NCBI GenBank assembly: GCA_937952145.1
Contig: CALFYE010000301.1
Span: 3,362-67,361 of the forward strand
Length of the DNA: 64,000 nt
DNA from: an uncultured Myxococcales bacterium
GTDB taxonomy: Bacteria; Myxococcota_A; Polyangia; Palsa-1104; JAEUJZ01
Direction of reading: 5' to 3'
This document shows, piece by piece, positions 39,903-49,343 of the stretch. A model generated the notes under the pieces. It saw only the letters and a program-made list of their open reading frames with translations. It did not search any database and was not told the origin of the DNA. Made by a program: the position numbers and the translations under genes. Within the stretch, counting starts at the first letter, position 1; the number at the start of each line of letters is the position of its first letter.

Positions 39903-41106
39903 GGGGTTTTCTGCGTCGTTATCAGAGGGGGGCGCTCCGGGTTCAGCAAGCGCGTCCGCTGCCCGCATTCGTCGTCGCAGGTCGGCCGAGTGGCTGGCTG
40001 GCTTCTGCCTGCTCGTGCTAGCCGGCTTGGGGTGCAAGCGGCAGGCGCAGGTGCCCAAGCAACAGGATGTCCCCTCCGCCCCGGCGGGGCACGCGACGGC
40101 TCTAGCGGCGGACGCTCCCGTCGGAAAGACGGCGGATCGCGGGTCGGCGCAGGCGGCGAATCGTCAGGGCATGCGGGCCTATCGTGGCAAGGACTACGTC
40201 GTGGCCAAGCAACAGTTCGGCATCGCTCTTAAAGCCGACGCCAGCTTCGCCTTGCCCCACTACAACCTGGCCTGCGTTGCCGCGCTGACTGGCGATGCAG
40301 CAACGGCTCGCGAGCAGCTGTCTTGGTTGGCGCAGAGCCCCGAGCCGCAGGCCCGCCGCACGCTGCGCAAGGCGCTGTACGACGCCGATCTAAAGAGCCT
40401 TACCGGCGATCCTGGACTGCGCAGCCTGCTGCACTGGGGCGGGGTGATCGGCGGCATTCGGGTGCTTGTCGATTCACGCGATGCAACGGAAGAAGAGAGC
40501 AAGCGACTGCGCCAGTCCAACGACACCTATGACGAGGAGTGCGACAGCGAGCCGACCTATCGCGCCACCTTCGCGCTTTCCGCCGACGTGGTCAGTGATC
40601 GGCCCGGCAGCGAGCTCGTCACCGCTTCGCTGGCCAGCGGCATCGCCCTCTTCGATGCGCGCGGCAAGCTGATTGCGCGAGGTGGCGGCTACGAGTGCGT
40701 GGGATCCTCGGCGGGCCTGTTCGGCATCGCGCTCGCGCAGATCGTGCCCGATCCCGAGCCCGAGATCCTGGTGCACTACGAGAGCGGCGGCCGCGAATCG
40801 CACGCGCAGGCGCTGGACATCCTTAAGCGCAAAGGCGATACGCTGGCGACGGTGCTGAGCTTTACCCTGTCACAGAGCGAGCGCACGCACGGGGACGACG
40901 ACGCAGACGGCGACGAGCGCACCAGCAGCGGGGCGCTAAGTCTGGCCAGCGAGGGTTCGCTGCTTTCGCAGGCCGTGGGCGAGCGGCAGCCGAGCATCCT
41001 GCGCTGGAACGTCGCCAAGTTTGCCTTCATCGCTGCGGACGCCGTCGATGCGGCCGCGCATAGTGGCAGCCGCGGTCCCGATCGCCAGCCCGCTCCTACG
41101 AAATAA
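39901..41106 (+). CDS. Lipoprotein of unknown function with a TPR-like N-terminal segment
   Basis: Long n-region, then lipobox [14 protein letters not shown]-like segment is present ([40 protein letters not shown]). The remainder is unassigned. Confidence 0.55.
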   Translation: MGFSASLSEGGAPGSASASAARIRRRRSAEWLAGFCLLVLAGLGCKRQAQVPKQQDVPSAPAGHATALAADAPVGKTADRGSAQAANRQGMRAYRGKDYVVAKQQFGIALKADASFALPHYNLACVAALTGDAATAREQLSWLAQSPEPQARRTLRKALYDADLKSLTGDPGLRSLLHWGGVIGGIRVLVDSRDATEEESKRLRQSNDTYDEECDSEPTYRATFALSADVVSDRPGSELVTASLASGIALFDARGKLIARGGGYECVGSSAGLFGIALAQIVPDPEPEILVHYESGGRESHAQALDILKRKGDTLATVLSFTLSQSERTHGDDDADGDERTSSGALSLASEGSLLSQAVGERQPSILRWNVAKFAFIAADAVDAAAHSGSRGPDRQPAPTK

Positions 41107-41865
41107 GTGAGCCCAGCCATGCACAGCGATGTCTACGAACAGCTGATCGCGCGCAACTACGATGCCGTCTATGCCGTGATCCGCGATCCCTCGGGCGACG
41201 CCGAGTTCTATCGGCAGTTGGCGCTAGCGGCCGGCGGCCCGGTGCTAGAGCTTGGCTGTGGCACCGGTCGCATCCTGCTCGGCATCGCCCGCGCCGGGAT
41301 TGAGTGCGTGGGCCTAGATGCCTCGCCGTCCATGCTCGATGTGCTGCGCGAGAAGAATCCGCCGCCCAACCTGACGATTGTCGAAGGGCGGATGCAGAGC
41401 TTCGACCTCGGGGCCGGGCGCTTTGCGCTGATCACGGCGCCGTTCCGCGCCTTTTCACACCTGCTGACCCTCGACGATCAGCTGGCGGCACTGTCCTGCA
41501 TTCGTCGCCATCTGGCGCCGGGCGGACAGCTGGTCTTCGACCTGTTTGACCCCAAGCTAGAGCGCATCGCGGCCATCCAAGAGCCGGAGCACCTGGCCGC
41601 CACCTTCCGACATGGCGGTCACGAGATCCGCCGTTATGACTCGGCGCTGCGCGATCACACGACACAGGTGATGACCATCCGCATGCGCTTCGCAGGTGGC
41701 CCGGAAGAACTCTCGGGCAGCGCCGACTTCAAGCTGCGCTGGTTTTATCGCTACGAGGTCGAACACCTGCTCTATCGCGCGGGCTTTGCCGAGGTTGCGA
41801 TCTACGGCGGTTTCGACCGCCGGCCGTGGTCCGCGTTCGGCGAGACGATTGTCGTAGCCCGCTAG
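41107..41865 (+). CDS. Class I SAM-dependent methyltransferase
   Basis: Motif I is VLELGCGTGRILLGIARAGIECVGLD, with DASPSML and LAPGGQLVFD downstream. The GTG at 41107 directly follows the upstream stop. An ATG at 41119 is an alternative start. Confidence 0.8.
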   Translation: MSPAMHSDVYEQLIARNYDAVYAVIRDPSGDAEFYRQLALAAGGPVLELGCGTGRILLGIARAGIECVGLDASPSMLDVLREKNPPPNLTIVEGRMQSFDLGAGRFALITAPFRAFSHLLTLDDQLAALSCIRRHLAPGGQLVFDLFDPKLERIAAIQEPEHLAATFRHGGHEIRRYDSALRDHTTQVMTIRMRFAGGPEELSGSADFKLRWFYRYEVEHLLYRAGFAEVAIYGGFDRRPWSAFGETIVVAR

Positions 41866-41975
41866 CTGTCCGGTTCGTCAGGCCGGCCGCCGGGGTGCTT
41901 TTCCGCGCCGGCGTGCGTATTCGGCTGATGACAGGCCCGGGCGACCTCGATATCCTGTCCTGCGGTATTATTGCC

Positions 41976-42464
41976 ATGGCTGATAAGTACCCAATGACCC
42001 CACGTGGCCTTGTGATGCTCAAGGATGAGCTGAAGCAGCGCAAGGAAGTCGAGCGACCGCGCATCGTCCGTGCCATCGAGGAGGCGCGTGCCCACGGCGA
42101 TCTCAGCGAGAACGCCGAGTACAGCGCCGCCAAAGAAGCGCAGTCGCACAACGAAGGTCGGATCAGCAAGCTGGAGGAGCTGATCGGGCTTTCCGACGTC
42201 ATCGAGCCGTCCAGCCTGTCCGGCAAGAAGGTCGTCTTTGGCGCCACCGTCACCATCGAAGACGGTGATAGCGGCGAGCGTCAGACCTTCGCCATCGTCG
42301 GCGAGCACGAAGCGGACATCAAGGCCGGGCGGATGAGCATCACCGCTCCCGTGGCGCGAGCCATGATCGGTCGCGAGGTCGGTGACGTGGTGCAAGTCCG
42401 CACGCCGCGGGGCCAGCGCGAGTACGAGATCACTGCCCTCAAGTTCGTGCCGGTCGAAGCCTAG
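41976..42464 (+). CDS. greA: Transcription elongation factor GreA
   Basis: The in-frame ATG at 41976 gives MADKYPMTPRGLVMLKDELKQRK...GDLSENAEYSAAKEAQ...ITAPVARAMIGREVGD, about 162 aa, which is canonical GreA. Confidence 0.95.
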   Translation: MADKYPMTPRGLVMLKDELKQRKEVERPRIVRAIEEARAHGDLSENAEYSAAKEAQSHNEGRISKLEELIGLSDVIEPSSLSGKKVVFGATVTIEDGDSGERQTFAIVGEHEADIKAGRMSITAPVARAMIGREVGDVVQVRTPRGQREYEITALKFVPVEA

Positions 42465-42483
42465 CGCGGGCGCCTGCCCCTCG

Positions 42484-42666
42484 ATGACGCCCGCCTCCCC
42501 GCCGACTTCCTCCGCATCTTCTGCGTCGCCTGCATCCTCCCGTCCGTCGGGCTGGTCGGTCGATTTCGCCTACGGGCTGGGAATCGCCTGTCTGGTGCTG
42601 CTGCTGCTGGTCTTTTCGGCCAGCCCCTTCCGCGCCGATCGCGGATTCATCTACATCGACTTTTAG
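42484..42666 (+). CDS. Possible small single-pass membrane protein (60 aa)
   Basis: The ATG at 42484 gives MTPASPPTSSASSASPASSRPSGWSVDFAYGLGIACLVLLLLVFSASPFRADRGFIYIDF. There is one clear TM helix and mostly G/C third positions. I see no recognisable RBS and no family. Confidence 0.3.
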   Translation: MTPASPPTSSASSASPASSRPSGWSVDFAYGLGIACLVLLLLVFSASPFRADRGFIYIDF

Positions 42667-42787
42667 CTGTCGGTTCCGGCTGATCGGCGTATCGCAACCC
42701 GGTCGAGCGGCGCTTCCCGGTTGACTTCTGTGGGCGGGATGGGAAAACTCCCGCGATCAATAGTTCGTCTAGAGCCAAGGAGAGAGC

Positions 42788-43963
<1,176 letters not shown>

Positions 43964-43964
43964 G

Positions 43965-43987
43965 CGACGCCTGCCGGCATGGCGTCG
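43965..43987 (+). terminator. Possible stem-loop after metK (7-bp stem CGACGCC/GGCGTCG, 9-nt loop), with no T-tract
   Basis: The inverted repeat was read directly, starting 2 nt after the metK stop. It lacks a U-run, so intrinsic-terminator status is doubtful. Confidence 0.25.
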
Positions 43988-44023
43988 GCGGTCCCCCCGT
44001 TGAGGTGGTGCCGCGCCGTGCGG

Positions 44024-44380
44024 TTAGCCCAGCAGCGTCAGCACCAGGGCGATCACGGCTGGCACCGCCTGCACAAACAGGATCCGCTTGCTGACGGTGG
44101 CCGCCCCGAATAGCCCGGCGACGATGACGCAGGACAGGAAGAAGATCTTGATGTCCTTGCCCTCGGCGCCGCGCAAAAGGCCCCAGACCAGTCCCGCGAC
44201 CAGGAAGCCGTTGTAGAGGCCCTGGTTCGCGGCCAGCGTCTTGCTCAGCGCCGCCTTCTCGGGCGTCATGCCGAAGACTCGCAAGCCAGTCGGCTTGTCC
44301 CACAGAAACATCTCCAAGACCAAAAAGTAGCTGTGCAGTAACGCTACCAGTCCGACGAAGACATTGGCGATCAGGCTCAC
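44024..44380 (-). CDS. DUF1304-family small membrane protein
   Basis: 118 aa with four hydrophobic helices. The signature LHSYFLVLEMFLW...NQGLYNGFLVAGL matches DUF1304 as I recall it. Confidence 0.75.
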   Translation of the reverse strand: MSLIANVFVGLVALLHSYFLVLEMFLWDKPTGLRVFGMTPEKAALSKTLAANQGLYNGFLVAGLVWGLLRGAEGKDIKIFFLSCVIVAGLFGAATVSKRILFVQAVPAVIALVLTLLG

Positions 44381-44480
44381 GGGTCACGCTCCTCGTTGCA
44401 GGTTCGCCCCATCATTGCCGATTTGCCCGCCGTCGTGGGGGGGATTACGGGGGAGGCAAGCCGGCCGCAGCGGAGGAAGG

Positions 44481-46895
44481 TCAGCTTGCCGCTGGGCCGA
44501 GGGGCGTCGCGTTCCCGCGGGGCAGCACGACGGAAAGCATCGGGCCCTCCCCGAAGGCATGGTCGATCCGCACACGAAACCTCAGTGGCTGCGGCGGCTC
44601 CCGGCCATCGGGCGGGGTTCGCGACGGCGCGCTCACTAGGAGCGCGAGCGGGACCGCATCGCCTGGCTGAAGCAGAAGGGTCGGTTCCGGCGCGAGCAGG
44701 TTTGCCTCCGCGGGCAGATCCACCGCCGACAGCCGCAGCCAGTACGCCCGCCCGGCATCGGGGGCGTTGCGAACTGCGATGGTCAGTTCACCGAGGGTCG
44801 TGTCCCCCCCCAGCGGGTTTTTGACGTGGACTGTCGCGGTCAGCCCGGGTTCCTTTTCGGGGCGAGGCGGGAGGACTGGACTCCGACTGCCATCGCCGGC
44901 AAATCGGGCGAGCAAGCGTCCGTCATCCCATCGGTACAGCTTGTCCTCGCGTCGCCAGATCCACCCCGTGCTGCTGCAATGCAGTTGGAACAGCAGCGCC
45001 CCCTGCTTTCGATCGAAGAACAGGACTTCCCGATGTCGCATCGCAGTCCACAAATAGTCTCCGTCGCGTGTGGTGCGGGTTTGGTACTTGCCGAGAGGTA
45101 GGCTGAGCGGCTTCGTCGGTTCCGCCCCGGTCTGGACGTCCCAGAATCGCAGCCCCTCGGGGCCCCACACCCACGCTCCCAGAGTCTCTCCGTGCTGCTG
45201 AAAAGCCAGGGTCGCGGCCGCGTCTTTGCTGAGCGGGAAGGCCCGGTGTTTTTCGCCGCTCTGCACATCCCAGAACACCAGCTCATCGTTGTGGACCGCG
45301 GCCAGCTGTCGGCCATCTGGGCTGAACGCTAGCTCGGAAGGAATGTTCCCTGGCGTGGGCAAGGTTCGCAGCACCTGGCCGCTGCCACAGTCCCAAATCC
45401 GCACAGTGTGATCGGCTGAGCAGGTGGCCAACTGCAAGCTATCAGGGGAAAACGCAATACAGCCGATATAGGCAGAGTGACCGTAAAAAGTCTGCACCCG
45501 CTTGCCCGTTGCGACATCCCATAATTCCACAAAATTTATAGATCCGGGTTCATCATCGGAATAGGTGGCAATCAGCTGACTGTTTCTGCTCCACTCGCAA
45601 ATTAAAGTGTAGCCGATCAGCGAAAGTGAATACCGGAGCTGACGTTCCGCAATATCCCAGACCGAGAGGTTATTGTGACTATTTGTCCCTGTGGTGATGA
45701 GCATTTTCCCGTCAGGGCTGAACTTGGTCTTGAATATTGTTCCGCTGTCTGTTTGGAAAATCCCAATCTCGGCCCATGCCGACAGATCAAAAAGCCGAAC
45801 CCGATCCGTACCGCTAGAAACCGCGAGCAGGGTGCCATCTGCAGAGATATCGACAGCGAAAGCATGGGGCGACATTTCGATGCGTCTTGCCTCGATCCCA
45901 GAGGCGACATCCATCAAACAAAGGGTCTGATCACGGGCAGCGGTTGCTAAAAACTTACCATCCGGGCTGAAGGCCATCGCCGACACCGTATTGCTGTGGC
46001 GGTACCACCTGCCGCGCTCCTGGCCTGCCGCGATATCCCATAGCCGGATCCCATAATCACGAGAATACTGGTCGGGCATGGTAGCTATCGCTAACAATTG
46101 TCCATCTGGACTAAATGTTGGAATGTCAATGTTCTCAGAATCTTCAATTTGAAAATAAATTTGCTCGGAAGAGATATTGAGTAGATCGACTTTGCCCCCA
46201 TTAAGGGCAATAGACAGGGACTCGCTGTTTGGGGCCCAGGAGATATTTATTGCAGAGTATTCTGGATTGTATGATGAAATTAGCTCGTTTCCGGTTTCTA
46301 TCTCAAATACTCTTGCGCTTCCGTCTGTGATAAATGATAAATATGAACTGTTCGGGCTAAATGACAGATGCTCAATGTGTGATTTCCCCGACAATGGAAA
46401 AAACAATATATCGATTTGGTTAGCAATGTCAGATATGTGAATTCCGACGTTTTTTTCGACATATGCAAGTCGGCCGGTGGCGCTTAGGGCTAGCAGCCCC
46501 AGACTCCCACGGCTCGGGAGGGGCTGGGTGAGTCGCTCGCCGCTCGCGAACTCCCACAAGAGGAGTGCCGCGTCGAACGGGGCAGTGGCTAAGCGCTGCG
46601 GCTCGTATCCCAGAGGGGCACCAGCGACGGAAACGCTGTCATACGAATGTCGCTGAAGCTCCCGGCCGGTTGCGGCATCCCAGATGCGGATCGGGAATTC
46701 CTGTCGGCTGTCCGAGTGATAAGGGGCGCCGATGGTCAGCAGACTGCGGCCGTCCCGGCTCCAGGCAAGCGCGGCCGGGTAGTCGGGCAGGTTGAAGGAG
46801 CGTTCGTCGAGGACACTCAGATCCTCTCCTTCGGGAACCAGCCCGCGTGGAGTCGTCGTCGCTGGGAAGAAGGCGGGGAGCTTGCGGGGGGGCAT
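44481..46895 (-). CDS. WD40-repeat protein (804 aa) with a C-terminal beta-sandwich-like extension
   Basis: Many WD40 blades are present: FSPDGKFLATAARDQTLCLMDVASG, FSPDGKMLITTG...LSVWDI, FSPDSLQLATCSADHTVRIWD, FSPDGRQLAAVHNDELVFWDV. The ORF is continuous across a pronounced low-GC stretch (see findings). Confidence 0.85.
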   Translation of the reverse strand: MPPRKLPAFFPATTTPRGLVPEGEDLSVLDERSFNLPDYPAALAWSRDGRSLLTIGAPYHSDSRQEFPIRIWDAATGRELQRHSYDSVSVAGAPLGYEPQRLATAPFDAALLLWEFASGERLTQPLPSRGSLGLLALSATGRLAYVEKNVGIHISDIANQIDILFFPLSGKSHIEHLSFSPNSSYLSFITDGSARVFEIETGNELISSYNPEYSAINISWAPNSESLSIALNGGKVDLLNISSEQIYFQIEDSENIDIPTFSPDGQLLAIATMPDQYSRDYGIRLWDIAAGQERGRWYRHSNTVSAMAFSPDGKFLATAARDQTLCLMDVASGIEARRIEMSPHAFAVDISADGTLLAVSSGTDRVRLFDLSAWAEIGIFQTDSGTIFKTKFSPDGKMLITTGTNSHNNLSVWDIAERQLRYSLSLIGYTLICEWSRNSQLIATYSDDEPGSINFVELWDVATGKRVQTFYGHSAYIGCIAFSPDSLQLATCSADHTVRIWDCGSGQVLRTLPTPGNIPSELAFSPDGRQLAAVHNDELVFWDVQSGEKHRAFPLSKDAAATLAFQQHGETLGAWVWGPEGLRFWDVQTGAEPTKPLSLPLGKYQTRTTRDGDYLWTAMRHREVLFFDRKQGALLFQLHCSSTGWIWRREDKLYRWDDGRLLARFAGDGSRSPVLPPRPEKEPGLTATVHVKNPLGGDTTLGELTIAVRNAPDAGRAYWLRLSAVDLPAEANLLAPEPTLLLQPGDAVPLALLVSAPSRTPPDGREPPQPLRFRVRIDHAFGEGPMLSVVLPRGNATPLGPAAS

Positions 46896-46963
46896 GGGCG
46901 ACCCGGTCTCTGATCTTGCACGGCGGCCGGCAGCGCAGGGAAGAAGATCGAGCGGGGCGTTGG

Positions 46964-49315
46964 CTAGTCGCGCACCAACATCACCGCGTTGCGCGGCGGG
47001 ACGTTGAGGTTGAGCAGGGTGCCGGTGAGGGTGTAGCCGGGGCCGCCGAGGGCGTCGCGCAGCTTGTCGCCGCTCTTCCAGCCGAGCTCGGGGGGGAGGG
47101 GGACGGCGGGGGTGGCGACGCCTCGCGTGCGGTTCATGATCATCAGCACAGCCTGCTTGGGATCGGGATCGAGGCGGGCGTAGGCGTAGACATCCTCGCC
47201 GAGGAGCACGGTCATAAAGTCGCCGCGCCGCAGTCCGCGTCGACTGGCCCGCGCCTTGAGCAGCGACGACATCAGCGCCGCCTGCCGCGACTCGCGACTG
47301 CTCAGCGCCGTGCCGAAGCGCATCGGGTGACGGTTGTCGGGATCGCCGCCGCCGAACTCGCCGTACTCATCGCCGTAGTAAAGAAGCGGCGTGTTCGGCA
47401 GGGTCAAAAGCGACAGCATCCCCAGCCACAGGCGGTCGTAGGGCTCATCGTCGGGCGGGGCGATGGGCAGGCCGTCCTCGCTCCACTTGCGGTTGGCGAT
47501 GTCGCGGGCCCAGGGGCCGCTGGCATCGCGATAGGTGGCCTGGGTGATGAAGCGACTGGTGTCGTGGCTGCCCAGGTAGTTCACCATCGTCGCCGGACGG
47601 AACTGATCCAGGCTGGCGTGCGTCCAGTAGTCGAGGTGCAGGTAGCGCCGATCTTCGTAGGCAAAGACGCGATAGGCCACGCCGTGATACCAGACAAAGT
47701 CGAACTGTCCATCGAGCGCATCGCCGCCCATATAGCGCTTGATGGTGTCGTAGTTTTCGCGGTTGTCCGCGACGCTGCCGTCGTTCCAGCCCATCGCCGT
47801 CTCGCCGATCAGGGGATAGCGCGTGCCGGCCCGCTCGAACTTTTCGCGGATGCGCGTGCCCAGGTTCCAGATCGCTAGATCCTCGACGTGCTTGACGGCA
47901 TCGATGCGCAGACCATCGAGATCGAATTCTTCCAGCCACCACAGCGTGTCGGCGATGAACTGCTCAGACGCCTCGGTGACCGTCCAGTCGATGTCGGGCA
48001 TGTAGCGCGAAAACAGGCACTCCAGGCGCTTGGCTGTCCAGTCGCAGCCCGCGGTGCCGCAGATGCAGCCAGTGCGGAACCAGCCGCGGCGCTTGGCGTC
48101 GGTGAAGTACTCGTGCCCCTCGTGGACGTGATTTAAGACGGCGTCCATCAGGATGCGGATGCCGTGACGATGCGCGGCTTCGACCATGCGGTGCAGTGCC
48201 GCTGCGCCGCCAAGACGCGGGTCGACCTGACGGGCTCGCACCGGCCAGTAGCCGTGATAGCCGGCGACCTGATGCTTGCCGCCCTGATCGGGGTAGGCTC
48301 CGTCGGGCTGGGTATAAAACGGCGTCAGCCACAGCGCCTTGACCGCTAGGTTATCGAAGTAACCGGCTTCGATCTTTTGGGTCACGCCATCGAGATCACC
48401 GCCGACAAAGTTCGCGGCACTGACCACGCCGGCCACCGGCTGGTTGTTCTTGGGATCGCCGTCCGAAAAGCGGTCGGTGACGGCCATGTAAAGCGGCGTG
48501 TCGGACAGGGCGAACTTCTCGGCCTCGATCCAGAACGGCAGGATGATCGGCTCGGTCTTGCGTCCTCCGACGATGGCCGACAGGCTCAGCGTGTATTTGC
48601 CATCGGGCAGGTCGGTGAGCTGGACCGTGAAGCTCTTGTGATCGGCCGCCATCGTCAGCTCAGTCGGCGACAGCGGGCGCAGGTCGGCGGGTGAGGTGTA
48701 GCGCGTGTCGGGGCGGCGCAGCGCGCTCTCGACGCTGCAGATGGCTGCGCTCCCGCCGCTGGCCGCCACGGTCTCGATACGGACGCGAAACTGACCGCGT
48801 CCGCTGGGGCCGGAAAGCGGGCGCGAGACGAGCAGCGAAGAAAGCCCAAGCTTAAGCTGCGGCACCTGGCAGTCCGGGACGCGCAGGCCCGAGTTTTCGA
48901 CGCCGCCTATGTACTTGCGGTAGGGGTTGCGCTCGTGCAGGCGCCACTCGGTACCGTCGAGGACGAGCTTGTAGCCGTACACACCGGGAGCGAGCCGCAG
49001 GTTGGCGTGATAGCGCCCTTCCAGATCCGGCGGCCCTAGGGACTGCGGCGTCCAGGCGTTCCACTCGCCAGCAATCGCGATCTGCGTCGCCGCCCGCGGT
49101 GGCGCATAGGTGACCGAGACATCACACTTCGCCGCCTCGCCGGTGGCGATCGGCTTGGCCTCGCAGGCTTCGGCAGGAGGCGGTGGGATCGCCAGATCGG
49201 GGCTGCCCTCACCCCCGTCCGTCACCCCGCCGACCGGCAGGTCGGTGCTCTCATCCGGCGATGACGAGGCGCAGGCAACCGCGAACACTAAGCACAGCGC
49301 AGAGACGACTCGCAT
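46964..49315 (-). CDS. GH13 alpha-amylase-family glycoside hydrolase lipoprotein with N-terminal beta-sandwich (CBM48/E-set-like) domains
   Basis: Lipobox VFAVACAS. All four GH13 conserved regions are present: ILMDAVLNHV, GLRIDAVKHV, GETAMG, YLGSHDTSRF. Confidence 0.85.
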   Translation of the reverse strand: MRVVSALCLVFAVACASSSPDESTDLPVGGVTDGGEGSPDLAIPPPPAEACEAKPIATGEAAKCDVSVTYAPPRAATQIAIAGEWNAWTPQSLGPPDLEGRYHANLRLAPGVYGYKLVLDGTEWRLHERNPYRKYIGGVENSGLRVPDCQVPQLKLGLSSLLVSRPLSGPSGRGQFRVRIETVAASGGSAAICSVESALRRPDTRYTSPADLRPLSPTELTMAADHKSFTVQLTDLPDGKYTLSLSAIVGGRKTEPIILPFWIEAEKFALSDTPLYMAVTDRFSDGDPKNNQPVAGVVSAANFVGGDLDGVTQKIEAGYFDNLAVKALWLTPFYTQPDGAYPDQGGKHQVAGYHGYWPVRARQVDPRLGGAAALHRMVEAAHRHGIRILMDAVLNHVHEGHEYFTDAKRRGWFRTGCICGTAGCDWTAKRLECLFSRYMPDIDWTVTEASEQFIADTLWWLEEFDLDGLRIDAVKHVEDLAIWNLGTRIREKFERAGTRYPLIGETAMGWNDGSVADNRENYDTIKRYMGGDALDGQFDFVWYHGVAYRVFAYEDRRYLHLDYWTHASLDQFRPATMVNYLGSHDTSRFITQATYRDASGPWARDIANRKWSEDGLPIAPPDDEPYDRLWLGMLSLLTLPNTPLLYYGDEYGEFGGGDPDNRHPMRFGTALSSRESRQAALMSSLLKARASRRGLRRGDFMTVLLGEDVYAYARLDPDPKQAVLMIMNRTRGVATPAVPLPPELGWKSGDKLRDALGGPGYTLTGTLLNLNVPPRNAVMLVRD

Positions 49316-49343
49316 GCGCCGTTCATACCGCGACTTGTCGTCT

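Noticed and set aside
42667-42787. A SAM riboswitch or structured leader upstream of metK.
   Set aside because: I could not identify conserved SAM-I, SAM-II or SAM-V core elements by eye. I saw only a weak TTGACT-N17-AAAACT promoter-like string and a good AAGGAG RBS.
46847-47878. A 343-aa + strand ORF opposite the GH13 gene.
   Set aside because: It is an antisense shadow. The minus strand carries all four GH13 conserved regions.
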